The notes: generated from the letters alone by a model not told the origin. 64,000 nt of DNA from Macrostomum hystrix (GCA_950097015.1 CATNEN010000025.1:3720001-3784000); one strand, 5' to 3'. Positions 39,701 to 53,900 are shown, numbered from the stretch's first letter. Made by a program: numbers and translations.

Positions 39701-40740
39701 TATTCCATGCATGTGAACTAGGATACATTATTCCATGCATGTGATCTAGGATACATTATTCCATGCATGTGATCTAGGATACATTATTCCATGCATGTGA
39801 TCTAGGATACATTATTCCATGCATGTGATCTAGGATACATTATTCCATGCATGTGATCTAGGATACATTATTCCATGCATGTGATCTAGGATACATTATT
39901 CCATGCATGTGATCTAGGATACATTATTCCATGCATGTGAACTAGGATACATTATTCCATGCATGTGATCTAGGATACATTATTCCATGCATGTGATCTA
40001 GGATGCATTATTCCATGCATGTGATCTAGGATACATTATTCCATGCATGTGATCTAGGATACATTATTCCATGCATGTGATCTAGGATACATTATTCCAT
40101 GCATGTGATCTAGGATACATTATTCCATGCATCTGATCCAGGATACATTATTCCATGCATGTGAACTAGGATACATTATTCCATGCATGTGATCTAGGAT
40201 ACATTATTCCATGCATGTGAACTAGGATACATTATTCCATGCATGTGATCTAGGATACATTATTCCATGCATGTGATCTAGGATACATTATTCCATGCAT
40301 GTGATCTAGGATACATTATTCCATGCATGTGATCTAGGATACATTATTCCATGCATCTGATCCAGGATACATTATTCCATGCATGTGAACTAGGATACAT
40401 TATTCCATGCATGTGATCTAGGATACATTATTCCATGCATGTGAACTAGGATACATTATTCCATGCATGTGATCCAGGATACATTATTCCATGCATCTGA
40501 TCCAGGATACATTATTCCATGCATGTGATCCAGGATACATTATTCCATGCATGTGAACTAGGATACATTATTCCATGCATGTGAACTAGGATACATTATT
40601 CCATGCATGTGAACTAGGATACATTATTCCATGCATGTGAACTAGGATACATTATTCCATGCATGTGAACTAGGATACATTATTCCATGCATGTGAACTA
40701 GGATACATTATTCCATGCATGTGAACTAGGGTACATTATT
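36785..40740. repeat. 28-bp satellite (CCATGCATGTGATCTAGGATACATTATT), ~140 copies
   Basis: Highly homogeneous head-to-tail array of about 3.95 kb with no spacers. Confidence 0.98.
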
Positions 40741-41504
40741 CACATTCTAGTAATCCTTATGAACCCTAGCACAATGTAAGATGCTTGTTTTTGTTTCATT
40801 TCATTTTGTTACCTAATGCATAGCAACAAAAAATAAAAAAATCGAGAAAGAAAAAATCTTACAAAAATTGTGGCTACAAGCCTACACGAGCAATATAAAT
40901 ATAAATCTGTATTTCTTAATTTGGTTTATCATATGTTATTCTCCAATATATATTTTGGGCTAGATTAAATATGATTTCTAAAACATCGGTGACAAGCTAG
41001 GATAGAGGAGTTACTAAGTAATATAAGCGATAAAATATTTACAGAAACAGTGAGAATAGCGGAGATAGAGATAAATCACTGCTCACGAGACGTCGAACAA
41101 GCCTGCAAAGCCCTGATCTGACTAGCATTGCAATTGCTGGTCTCATCAGACTATACTCAAGCGAAAAAGAAGATCAGCATCATAACTTTCATTTTCTGAT
41201 AACGTTATTCAAAAGCAAATCCTTTAAAGACATGCACTGATAACCAGACTATTAGGGCAGACTATTTTTTACTCGATTATTTAGTGTTTGCGCAAAAATA
41301 AGCTTTTTGCGGTGTGTACCATACTGAGCTGTTGTCAGTAGTCTGTAGTGCGAAACAGGATAAAAATGACACCGGCGTTTAAATTCATTTTAGTAGTGTT
41401 CGAGTCACACCAGAAGCGGTCCGTGGGTTATTGAGAAATACAAACTTGTATGTTAGTAAATAAATAAATAAATGACAGAAAACAGTACTTAGTGACTGGA
41501 CGTT

Positions 41505-41750
41505 TAATTGGGTCGTTAGGGATGTGTTTGAGTCGATGGGGCGTTTGAGTTGTTAAGGAAAAGTTTGAGCCGTTAGAGAAAATTGTAAGTCGTTAGGGAA
41601 AAGTTTGAGTTGTAAGGGAAAATTTCGAGTCGTTATGGAGAAGCTAGAGTTGTTAGGGAAATGTTTGAGTCGCTAGAGAAGTGTTTTTATGGAGGAGTTT
41701 CAGGAAAGCGAGCATTGGGTAAGCGTTTTAGTCGTTAGAGAAGTTTTTAA
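41505..41750. repeat. Degenerate repeat (TTTGAGTCGTTAGGGAAA-like)
   Basis: The motif recurs about 8 times with indels. Confidence 0.6.
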
Positions 41751-41962
41751 GCCGTGAACCAAGCGTCCTAAGCCACTCTACAACGCCGACTTGTCACAGC
41801 ATCGCTTTCATCGGGAAAAGTACAGAGAGGAAAAATAGTCTAATTTGAGCACCAAAATATTGAGTAGACTTGAATTAAAAAGCGCGCTAAATTGATTGAA
41901 CTGCTCAATAAAATTGCTTTGAGTTCAGAGAAGCCCAGGCGCCATGCAGAAGGGGGCCAGTT

Positions 41963-44900
41963 TCACAGGCTGCCGCTGTCGGCAGATTCCAGCTCCTGCA
42001 GAGCGGCGGCCACCTGCAGCTGGTCATTGCGCAGGTAGCGCAGTCGCTCTTCGAAGGCCACCTCGGCTGGCAGGCGCAGGCACAGCATGGGTTCGCGCTC
42101 CCTAGCCAGGTGCTCGCAGTACAGCCGCAGGAGCTGGTCCTGGTCCAGCAGCTTGATGGCGTCCTGGTAGCGGCCCTGCAGCAGGCAGTCGAGAGGAGTC
42201 TGGCTGGCGATGGGGGCGGACAGGCTGCCGGGGCCCAGGTTGAACTTTGCCTGGCGCAGTCGGTCGCGAACTCCGGCCAATTCGCGGATGACTTCCTGGT
42301 CAGCCGACATTGGCAGCTGTTCGACAGCCTTAGAGAAGGCCTCGTGCAGCGTTACGGCCTGAATTGCCGGGTTTAGCAAGTACGTTAAGATTTTTCTATA
42401 CATATAGGATGTTTAGGTAGATGAAGATTCTTGCACCAAGGTACCTGAGCTCGAATCCGCGGCATGCCAAATTCAGCGAAATTGGGGAGAATTGCTTCCT
42501 CGCTGGCCGCGTGCCTACTGCCAATACTTCCCATTCCGCTGACTCCTGAGCACACACAGGTGTGTACATCTGCCCATATATTTTTTTAATGGTCGCAAAT
42601 GAATGTGGCATGCCGCGTATTGACCTTGGTGCGATAGGCGAATGCTCTGCCACTTCAACCCCTCATTTAGTTGCTAACCTTTCGAGTCCTATTTCGAGGA
42701 TTCTGAAATCCTATTTTGATGATTCTATAACATTTTTGAGGATTTTAAAATCCCCATTCAAGGATTCTGAAATCCTCTAAATCTTGCGGATTCTGATAGC
42801 GAATCGACTCACCTGCAAGCACAGCCGGTTGAGTCCTCTGGCCAGTTTGAGCTGACTAGCTTCAGACTGTCCGCTGGCCGAATGTCCGAACGCCACCTCG
42901 GCCACTCGCTCGGCGCAGGCGTCCCTGGAGGCGCGGAAGGTCTCGAAACGATCGCGCAGCTGCAGCAGAACGTAACGCTGGCTGTCGGCGTGGTAGGCGC
43001 TGACGGCCGGGCTGACGTGGACGAACGGCAGGGAGACGGCGCGCAGACTGTCGGCCAGGCGGCACAGCGGGTCGGCCAGGGCGGCCGGCAGCCAGGGTCG
43101 GACTGCGGCGCAGAGGCCGCTGAGCCGGTCGCCGGCCTCGGATACAACCGGCGGCCAGAGCTGGTAGAGCTCGCCGAGCCGGTCAGACGGCAGGCTGGAG
43201 GCTTTGCTGGCGAATTCCTGGAATGAAGGATTCGGATGGGAAGAGCTTTGATGGGTTTTGAATCCTAGCGTCCTGTTCTCTAGATTCTTAGATCCCATTT
43301 TGAGGATTCCGAAATCCCGTTTTGAGGATTCCGAAATCCCAAATTGAGGATTCTGAAATCCCATTTTAATGATTCTGAAATCCTATTTTGATGACTCTAA
43401 AATCCCATTTTGAGAATTCCGAAATCCCACTTAATCAGCGCAGATGATTAGATGATTCTGAACTCCCATTCTGAGGATTCTGAAATCCTATTTTGATGAT
43501 TCCGAAATCCCACTTAGATGATTCTGAACTCCCACTTTAAGGATTCTGATATCCTTTTTGAGGATTTTGAAACCATATTTTGTTGATGATTCTAAAATCT
43601 AAAACAATTTTGAGGATTTCGAAATCCCGCTTCGAGGACACTGAAATAAAGTTTTGCTGATTCTGATGAAATCTCTTTTTGACGATTTAAATATCACATT
43701 TAATGAAGGAAAAAACATACCTAGATTATGAAGTTTCTAGGAAGTTCCAAAGATTTTGAAATCTTATCCTGAAGACCTTAACATTCTAAATTCTATTTTA
43801 AAGACCTCGAAATTCTTTCTTAAAAGTATAGAATAAATAGGGAACAAAAATGATTGAATCCCATGCAACCCTAGCAGCAGCGCTCACCTGCCACTCCAGT
43901 TCACCGGGTCCCGGCGGCTCCTCCTGCGGACTAGTCGACGGGGCCGATGACGGGCTGAGACTGGCTCCCGTGGCCGGCTCCCGCTGCGGCAGGGCTGCCA
44001 CCAGCTCCTCCTCCTCGTCGTCGCTGCTACTAGAAGAAGACTCTTCATCGCGGCGCTGCCTGCTTCGGGCGCTAGGCGAAGCGGCCGCGTCTTTGTCGGA
44101 TGCCGCGTCGCCGTAGCTGTCGCTGTAGATTGGGACGCTGCCGACGCCCCAGTTGAGCTTGACGTGGCCCGGGTGCGTTGGACTGTCAGGATCTTCGATG
44201 TTAAGGAAGCCCAGCTGGTCGTCGATGAAGCCGACGATGTTGTAGTAGCGCAGCTCAGAGCTACTCGAGTCCTCCAGGAGTAGGTCGTCTGGGGAATGGG
44301 TTGGGTTGGGGCAGTTTGAGTGGGGAAGATCCCACATGGATAGAATGGGATAAAGAACGATCCCACATGGGTAGAATGGGATAAAGAACGATCCCACATG
44401 GGTAGAATGGGATAAAGAAAGATCCCACATGGGTAGAATGGGATGAAGAAAGATCCCACATGGGTAGAATGGGATAAAGAACGATCCCACATGGGTAGAA
44501 TGGGATAAAGAACGATCCCACATGGGTAGAATGGGATAAAGAACGATCCCACATGGGTAGAATGGGATAAAGAACGATCCCACATGGGTAGAATGGGATA
44601 AAGAAAGATCCCACATGGATAGAATGGGATATGGAATTAATTGATTACACCTGCCCCGATTGGGCCAGATGTGCAGCCGACAGCACAGCCGCAGCTATTG
44701 CGTGGCGCATCTGAAGGCTGCGTACGGCTGAATTCAGTCCATGGACTATGAGGACGCCGCACCCAACCTCAATTATCCCAGCTGATGCTGGTACCCATTT
44801 AACAGCTGGGTGAAGCAATGCAGAGTTGAGTGTCTTGCTAAAGGACACAACTTGCTCCAGTGGAGTCGGGAATCGAACCTACGACGTTCAAGTCGTGAGT

Positions 44901-47900
44901 CCGACGCTCTTACCACAATGCTACAACCTCAGGATATGGAAATATATCCCATATGGATAGAATGGGATATTGGGAAGATCCAATGTGGATAGTATGGGAT
45001 ATGGAATGATGCACTGATTTGGTGTGACAGTCGATACAAAAGTTTATTCTTTAAAAAAGAGGAAATCCTTTTAGGAAAATTATTCGATATAGAGAATATT
45101 ATGGGAGAACCCAAAGCAGATAAACCTGTAGGATATGGTATATGGGATTAACTCACCTGTCTGCTCATTTGTTGAGGTGGTGTCGCTGCTGGAATGCACG
45201 CTACCCTGCCTGTCGATAGTCTCAGTTGACTGGCTGAATATCACCTGCAAGCGAAGTTGTTGCTATGGGATTTAGTTGCGGATTCGAACCACTGACGCAA
45301 CAGTAAGTTAAAGTAGGCCAATTAAAAATATATATTATAAACAACACTAGAAACGAATATTGATATTAGAAAGATTTTTGGATGTCACCGAAGCATTAAG
45401 TAGTGTACTGTCAACTATTGAATGATGAAGCTGGTGAGATACTTATATTATAATACTCGCAGTAGCGAGAAGCACATTTTTATTTGAGGTAAAAAAGCAA
45501 AAATGTCATCTAAAATTATGCTTGTCGGCTATGAGTTCGCAGGATTTATAGCAATTATGTTTTTCTAGTTAATACTACTACTAGTACTACAAAATGCTTC
45601 TGGATGTTAAATTAATAAAATATGGCAATCTATTTTGACTGTCAACAGCCATTTGATTGTTTTATTAGCTAAAACACTTGAATACGGCAGATTATATAAG
45701 AATGCACTCAAGTGTGGCAGCTGCATTCGATAACAAAGAAAACAAAAAATGACGGATAACTGTACTAATACGTTAGAATAGACTAGAAAGCTTTGCTGAA
45801 GCAAATTTATTACTTAAAGAAAACTATCAACTATTCCCTGAACTTAGACACCTGAACTATTCCCTGAACTTAGACACCTGAACTATTCCCTGAACTTAGA
45901 CAGCTGAACCATTCCCCTGAACTTAGACACCTGAACTATTCCCCTGAACTTAGACACCTGAACTATTCCCCTGAACTTAGACACCTGAACCATTCCCCTG
46001 AACTTAGACACCTGAACTATTCCCTGAACTTAGACACCTGAACTATTCCCTGAACTTAGACACCTGAACTATTCCCCTGAAATTAGACACCTGAACTATT
46101 CCCCTGAAATTATACACCTGAACTATTCCCTGAACTTAGACAGCTGAACCATTCCCCTGAACTTAGACACCTGAACTATTCCCCTGAACTTAGACACCTG
46201 AACTATTCCCCTGAACTTAGACACCTGAACCATTCCCCTGAACTTAGACACCTGAACTATTCCCTGAACTTAGACACCTGAACTATTCCCTGAACTTAGA
46301 CACCTGAACTATTCCCCTGAAATTAGACACCTGAACTATTCCCCTGAAATTATACACCTGAACTATTCCCTGAACTTAGACAGCTGAACCATTCCCCTGA
46401 ACTTAGACACCTGAACTATTCCCCTGAAATTAGACACCTGAATTCCTACGCCTGAATTTAGACACCTGAATTTCTTCACCTGAACTCGTCCCCTGAAGTA
46501 AAAAAATAGCTGTTAAATCACTTATTCATTCATTCAAGAAAATAAAAACATTCTAGAACTATGTTTTAGTAGGCGAATTCTTAAAACGAACTCATAAGTA
46601 GCAGCTTTGTAAGCAGCTCAACTTAAGCATGTTTCCTGATTATTCGATATCTAGCACTGTGCACAGAAAGGACTATACACAAGGCTGGACAAGCATAAAT
46701 ATAAACAAGCATAAATATTTATCTTGCTGCTGTGCACTGGCCACAGAATTGTAGATAGAGGACACAGCCGGGACAGATAGCTGACTTACACAGGTGCGCC
46801 TAGCAGTAGAATTGGCAAACCTCTAAAAATGGTCAAGTAATGATTGGCAAGGCAGGCCGTTATCTTTTTCTGCTGCCTGTGAAGCAACTCGAAAACAATT
46901 ATGATTGGATGGTAAAAATTCCAACTAATGAGTAACAAATGCCTAACTAGTCCTATCGGCATGCTAGATCTCCAGATCCCCAACAGACATGGGGAATCCC
47001 AAGAGTCATCTCGGAATGCTAGATCTCCAGATCCCCAACAGACATGGGGAATCCCAAGATTCATCTCGGGGTGCTAAATATCCAGATCCCCAACAGACAT
47101 GGGGAATCCCAAGAGTCATCTCGGAATGCTAGATCTCCAGATCCCCAACAGACATGGGGAATCCCAAGAGTCAACTCGGAATGCTAGATCTCCAGATCCC
47201 CAACAGACATGGGGAATCCCAAGATTCATCTCGGGGTGCTAGATCTCCAGATCCCCAACAGACATGGGGAATCCCAAGATTCATCTCGGGGTGCTAGATC
47301 TCCAGATCTCCAACAGACATGGGGAATCCCAAGAGTCATCTCGGAATGCTAGATCTCCAGATCCCCAACAGACATGGGGAATCCCAAGATTCATCTCGGG
47401 GTGCTAGATCTCCAGATCCCCAACAGACATGGGGAATCCCAAGATTCATCTCGGGGTGCTAGATCTCCAGATCCCCAACAGACATGGGGAATCCCAAGAT
47501 TCATCTCGGGGTGCTAGATCTCCAGATCCCTAGCAGACATGGGGAATCCCAAGAGTCATCTCGGAATGCTAGATCTCCAGATCCCCAACAGACATGGGGA
47601 ATCCCAAGATTCATCTCGGGGTGCTAGATCTCCAGATCCCCAACAGACATGGGGAATCCCAAGATTCATCTCGGGGTGCTAGATCTCCAGATCCCCAACA
47701 GACATGGGGAATCTCAAGAGTCATCTCGGGGTGCTAGATCTCCAGATCCCCAACAGACATGGGGAAACTCAAGAGTCATCTCGGGGTGCTAGATCTCCAG
47801 ATCCCCAACAGACATGGGGAATCCCAAGAGTCATCTCGGAATGCTAGATCTCCAGATCCCCAACAGACATGGGGAATCCTAAGATTCATTTCGGGGTGCT

Positions 47901-50900
47901 AGATCTCCAGATCCCCAACAGACATGGGGAATCCCAAGATTCATCTCGGGGTGCTAGATCTCCAGATCCCCAACAGACATGGGGAATCCCAAGAGTCATC
48001 TCGGAATGCTAGATCTCCAGATCCCCAACAGACATGGGGAATCCCAAGATTCATCTCGGGGTGCTAGATCTCCAGATCCCCAACAGACATGGGGAATCTC
48101 AAGAGTCATCTCGGGGTGCTAGATCTCCAGATCCCCAACAGACATGGGGAAACTCAAGAGTCGTCTCGGGGTGCTAGATCTCCAGATCCCCAACAGACAT
48201 GGGGAATCCCAAGAGTCCTATCGGGATGCTAGATCTCCAGATCCCCAACAGACATGGGGAATCCCAAGATTCATCTCGGGGTGCTAGATCTCCAGATCCC
48301 TAACAGACATGGGGAATCCCAAGAGTCATCTCGGGATGCTAGATCTCCAGATCCCCAACAGACATGGGGAATCCCAAGAGTCATCTCGGGGTGCTAGATC
48401 TCCAGATCCCTAACAGACATGGGTAATCCCAAGAGTCATCTCGGGGTGCTAGATCTCCAGATCCCCAACAGACATGGGGAATCCCAAGATTCATCTCGGG
48501 GTGCTAGATCTCCAGATCGCCAACAGACATGGGGAATCCCAAGAGTCATCTCGGAATGCTAGATCTCCAGATCCCCAACAGACATGGGGAATCCCAAGAT
48601 TCATTTCGGGGTGCTAGATCTCCAGATCCCCAACAGACATGGGGAATCCCAAGATTCATCTCGGGGTGCTAGATCTCCAGATCCCCAACAGACATGGGGA
48701 ATCTCAAGAGTCATCTCGGGGTGCTAGATCTCCAGATCCCCAACAGACATGGGGAAACTCAAGAGTCATCTCGGGGTGCTAGATCTCCAGATCCCCAACA
48801 GACATGGGGAATCCCAAGAGTCATCTCGGGGTGCTAGATCTCCAGATCCCTAAAATTTCTAAGCGTCTAGTCAAATGTGAGAGTGAAATACAGCAGCAAA
48901 AAGTAAATAACTACATTCAGATCAATCGCTTTGCTTTCACCTAGGTTGAGATTCGGTCGGTAATTAAAGCCAAGGTGAGAATCAATGAGCGATAAGAACA
49001 TCAGCTTTTAATTAACTAAAGAAATCATAAACCAGCTGGTGTGTGAATGATTGATAAGTTGTAATGTGACTAGCGGCATGCAGACATTGATTTTAGTGAA
49101 TTTGAACTAGACTCATCAGCCAAAATGGGACCCAATAATTAGATAATCACAAAGACAGATTACAATTGAGCTGATATCGTTATCATCAAAAAGCAAGTGG
49201 ATAAATTGCCTTTAAACTAATAGCGAACGAGTTGGTTTGATAAGTCTAGGAATTAATGCAAGAATCATTCATTTAAAAATAAATAATAAAAAAACCAAAG
49301 CAGAACTAGCCGTGATTACTAGCAGTAGTAGGCCGGGAAAGATTGTCGAACAATGCCCGACGAACAGAAGAAGAATAGTGAGATTTGAAAAAAACGCAAG
49401 CAACTATTTACCTTATGCCAGTAGGCATCCTAGAAAAATTAGGAAAATGTTGTGTACGCATTTGTTTGAGCATACCATTTTAGTTTAATAGGAACCGAAT
49501 GAGATACTATAAAATTACCACGGTAAATTCCTACAAAAAACTTGTACGTTTCTCTTGCACATAAAATAAAATATAATTATGTTTGTTTTAAAAAAAATGC
49601 GAATATTTTTACTAGCATTAGTCTACTTCGCGCAGTAGATTTATTTACTCGTATCTAGTGGAACTCCTCCATCGGGGGAAATAGAGAAGCTTAGACTCCC
49701 ATTGCCCGAGTTTCTGCAGTAAAAATCCCTTGGAAACTAGAATAACAATATGATTTCCCGTAAGTCTGTTCATTTTGAGCTAAAATATAAAATAAAACAA
49801 CATACACGGTTAATAACGCTATATTTATATATAACAAAAGCAACAACAGAAAATAGAAAAATTGAAATACTACTATTTGCAAAATAATGGCGGCAGGCGG
49901 TTAAAATACACTTTCTAATCTACGTTCTAAATGCGCTCAGCGACTTCTCAAATAAATTGCCACAATCAAATAATGAGCAATGTTCCAGCAAATAATACAT
50001 TAAAAAACGGTGCTCAAATGTGCTTCTGTGCTCAGTAAAGCAAGCATACGAGATTCTGATACAAACAATGCTTTAGCCTAGGGGTCGGCAAACTTATTAG
50101 CTGGCGGGCCAAAGAGAGAATCTAAAAGAGACACGGGAGGGATGAGACGAGGAATAGATGAGACACGGGAGGGATGAGACGAGGAATAGATGAGACACGG
50201 GAGAGATGAGACGAGGAATAGATGAGACACAGGGGAGAGATGAGACGTGGAATAGATGAGACACGGGAGAGATGAGACACGGGAGAGATAAGACACATGA
50301 GAGATGAGACACGGGAGAGATAAGACACAGGAGAGATGAGACAGGATACTATAGGTGTTGGAAGGGGCAACGGGCCGGATTTGGGAGCTTCGAGGGCTGC
50401 ATCTGGCCCGCCGGCCGGAGTTTGCCGACCCCTGCTTTAGCCAAACGAAAAAGTGATATTAAACGGAGAAGACAGGAAAGCATGCCTTTCAGGTTTAATA
50501 ATCCACTACACATTCCGAAAATGATAGAACATAAGGAGAAAGAGAAGTACCAGAAGACTCTAATTTATAGCGAGAATAATTAAAAAGAAACAATTCGATA
50601 TACTACCTTTTTAACTGGTTTAGGTCAAGGACACAAAATAGTTTCCATTTGGCAAAGATTCGAACTCTTGACCTCCCCAGAATACTGGCTACAAGCTTTC
50701 TATCTTTGCTGTGATTACAATCGTTCAATATCAGAGAGAACAAACTCACCGATGGCGATTTCGGAAGACCGGCTCGGGCGCCGAAATAGCCGGCGCACAG
50801 TGCCACCAGCCGGATGCGCACCCGCGGCACATGCGGCAGGTGCCGGTCGCCGATGCCGCCGATGCCGCCGGTGCCGCCGGCACCGCCGCTTCCGTGGCCG

Positions 50901-53900
50901 CTGTGGCCGGCGCTGCCGCTGGCTAGGGAGCGCTTCTCGCCGCCGCTGCCGCTGTCCGAGGAAGACAACGACGGAGTGTCGGCGGCTGATCGGGCCGAGC
51001 TGCCAACGACGTTGATGCCGACGGCTGGCGGAGCCGAAACAGCCGACGCCATGGAGGCCGTCGACGCAGTCGACAGAGGCTGCGTCGCCGCAGACGAAGG
51101 AGCTGGCTGGCCGGCGCCGCCGATTCGATCCTCGGAGCGGACGTCGAAGGTGAAGTTGAGCGTCCGGCCGGGCAGTTCTCGACGCGGCGGTTCGGCCTCG
51201 GGCAGCGGCACCAGCGGCTGCACCAGCGGGTGCTTGGTGTGCGAAGCAGGCGGCACGCTGGCCGATTTAAATACCAGATGCTTCAGGATCTGATTGTTGG
51301 ATTTGGTGAGGTCACTTTGGCGCGTTATGTACACTAGGAAATCTAGTCTTTTGTAAGCAATAAATTTGGTGCAAAAAAAGAACTCATACTATTCAGGTAA
51401 TCCGGAAAACGAACTCGTTACTTTGTTAAAGTTCTGTTAAAGCGTTACTTCTAAAAATGCGATTCAAAGGACCGTTTATTAAACAAACATTGATAAATTT
51501 TAAATTAAAAGCACTATTTCTTGCATGTCGCTTGATAGCTACTTTCTTAAAGACTTCTGAAAAAAACAGTAGCTGAAATCGTTACTTTTAAGTCCCAGAT
51601 AATCGTTAAAGCTATATGCCTTAAAAATCTAGATAATTGCATTGTCTTTTAAGAATAAAAGAAACAGTTTCCAAAACAGCATCTGTTTCATCGAGATGTT
51701 CAACAATTCTCGTCGGGGTGTCTGGTCAAGAAAACCACCAATATAGGCATAATTTTTCTGCTCACAAAATCTCATCACGCAACCATGCCTAATCAAATCA
51801 GCTTTTGCTATATTGTATTGAGTATATTGTTAATTGTTGTATTGTGTCCTTGTCACCAGGGTCTTCGACAAGAATCGCTGAATATCTCGACGATGCTGAC
51901 GTCGGGCGGCTTTGAAAGTTATTTCATTGTGAAGGCCGGAAATTTCGATTCTGATGGTGGACTTTCACTTTAATCGGTCATTCGGTTTGGGAGCTATCGT
52001 GAAGTAGGCAGCGGCTATTTGAAACAGCCCCGTGATCTTTCTACTGTTAAAGATGATCAGGCCTCACCGCATGCAGTCGCATTGTGTCACCGCATCCGTG
52101 CGCAATCTGGCGAGTCAATATGTGCACCAACGGCCTGGCCACCTCCTCCGTTAGGTCGACATTGCTTAGCAGGGCGTGCAAAGCCGCCTGAGAATGCGGC
52201 AATAGGCCGGATGGCCAAGACTCCAGCTGGCCGAGCGCCTGGCGAACCAGAGCCGGCCCCAACGACGGGAAGGCGTCGCACAGGTAGCGACAGACGCAGC
52301 GGCACCATTGGCTGGCGTCCCTAGTGAAGGAGTTGCGGCTATACTGGGCCAGGACCACGCTAAGCTGGCAGGTGGCATCCGGCCAGCTGTCCTGCCCGAA
52401 GGTGCCCAGCCTGGCGGCGGCTTCACGAGCGTGCTGCGGAGAATTATCGTAGTGCAGCAGCAGGTAGGGCAGCAGCTGTAGGGTTAGGGAGGCGTAGCCG
52501 CTCTCAGCTCCGCGCGGCTCAGTCACTGGCGACATTAGCAGGCGGGGTAGGCGGCACATCACAGCAAACGCTGGCTCGATCAGGGCCGGAGCCGATGGGC
52601 AGCAGGCGCGGCCGAGTAGGCGAACTAGGCCTGAAATGAGGCACGCTAGCGAGATGGATTCAACCGCTATCTTACACCTGCCTCTATTCCCTAGGTGTAG
52701 CCTTGGTTGGCGATTAGCTTGGGATTCGTAAGAGATATTAGCTGGATTAGCGGAAGATTAGCGGGGATATTAGCGGGGATTTAGCAAGGGATTGGTGTGA
52801 GATTAGCCTGGGATTGGTGGGAGATTAGCCAGGGATTGGTGGGAGATTAGCCTGGGATTCACGGAGATTTAGACAGGGATTGGTGGGAGATTAGCCAGGG
52901 ATTAGTGGGAGATTAGCCAGGGATTGGTGGGAGTTTTGCTCGGGATCAGTGGGAGATTAAAGGTAGACTAGCAAGAAATAATAGATTAGTGGGATACAAG
53001 TGAAGGATAATGGGGCAATAGTTTTAAAGATAAGTCTGAATTAGTGATTAATACTAGAAATATATCGCACATCGAGGAGTCTGTCCATAGGAGAGAGAAG
53101 GACTACTTAGTACCGAATCGATTTGCTTTCCTCACCTGGATAGTCCGGCCATTCGAAGCGCAGCCTAGGCGGCTGGTGCTGCTCCTGGAGACGGTCAAGG
53201 AGTTGGCCAAGGATGCGCAATGACAGAATCAGCTCATTTTCGACCTAGGGTAGCAATAAAAAAAGATTTTAGTACGACTCTTAAAGCCATGTAAAATTTG
53301 GAGAGCATAGCAAGGCAACTCACATCCGACTCCAACAGACAGACGGAGATCCACCATAGAACGGAGAATCTCTCGTCAGCCTGATTGGCCAATCGCCTGG
53401 CCAGCGCGCCTGCTGAACCAGACGATGATGCCAGAGCTGAGGCCTCCTTGGTGTAGCTCAAGTCTGTCACCGTCACTGCTCGGTGATGCTTACTGGCCGA
53501 GCTGCCGGACAAACCGGCGGCTGCAGGTGCGGCAGAGGCGGAGGCCGTCACGTGACCATGATGATGAGCCGGACTGCCGTGCGAGATGCCGGCGGTGTAG
53601 CTGGTGGAGCGAATGTGCTGCTGCTGAGGATCGGCCTCGTCAATTAGCTGCTGCTGCAGATGCTGATTTTGATGCTGCTGCTTCTGCTGCTGCAGCGGAG
53701 ACTGCCTGAGCGGTAGTTCGATGGTTGACTTGGCCATAGCGGCAGCGTCGCCGCCGCCTGCTTTTGTTGATGATTGAGAATGCGATGTGTGCGTTCGCTG
53801 GTGCTGCTGCTGCTGCTGCTGCTGATGGAGCAAAGATGCTGGCGGACAGTTGGCAAACCTGACGCAGCTGTCTAGAGTTAACAGCAGCTCCCTCACATAG

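Noticed and set aside
28352-40740. 28-bp arrays (28352, 36785; also 63250) as CRISPR arrays
   Set aside because: Units are head-to-tail with no unique spacers, there are no cas genes, and the context is intron-containing eukaryotic DNA.
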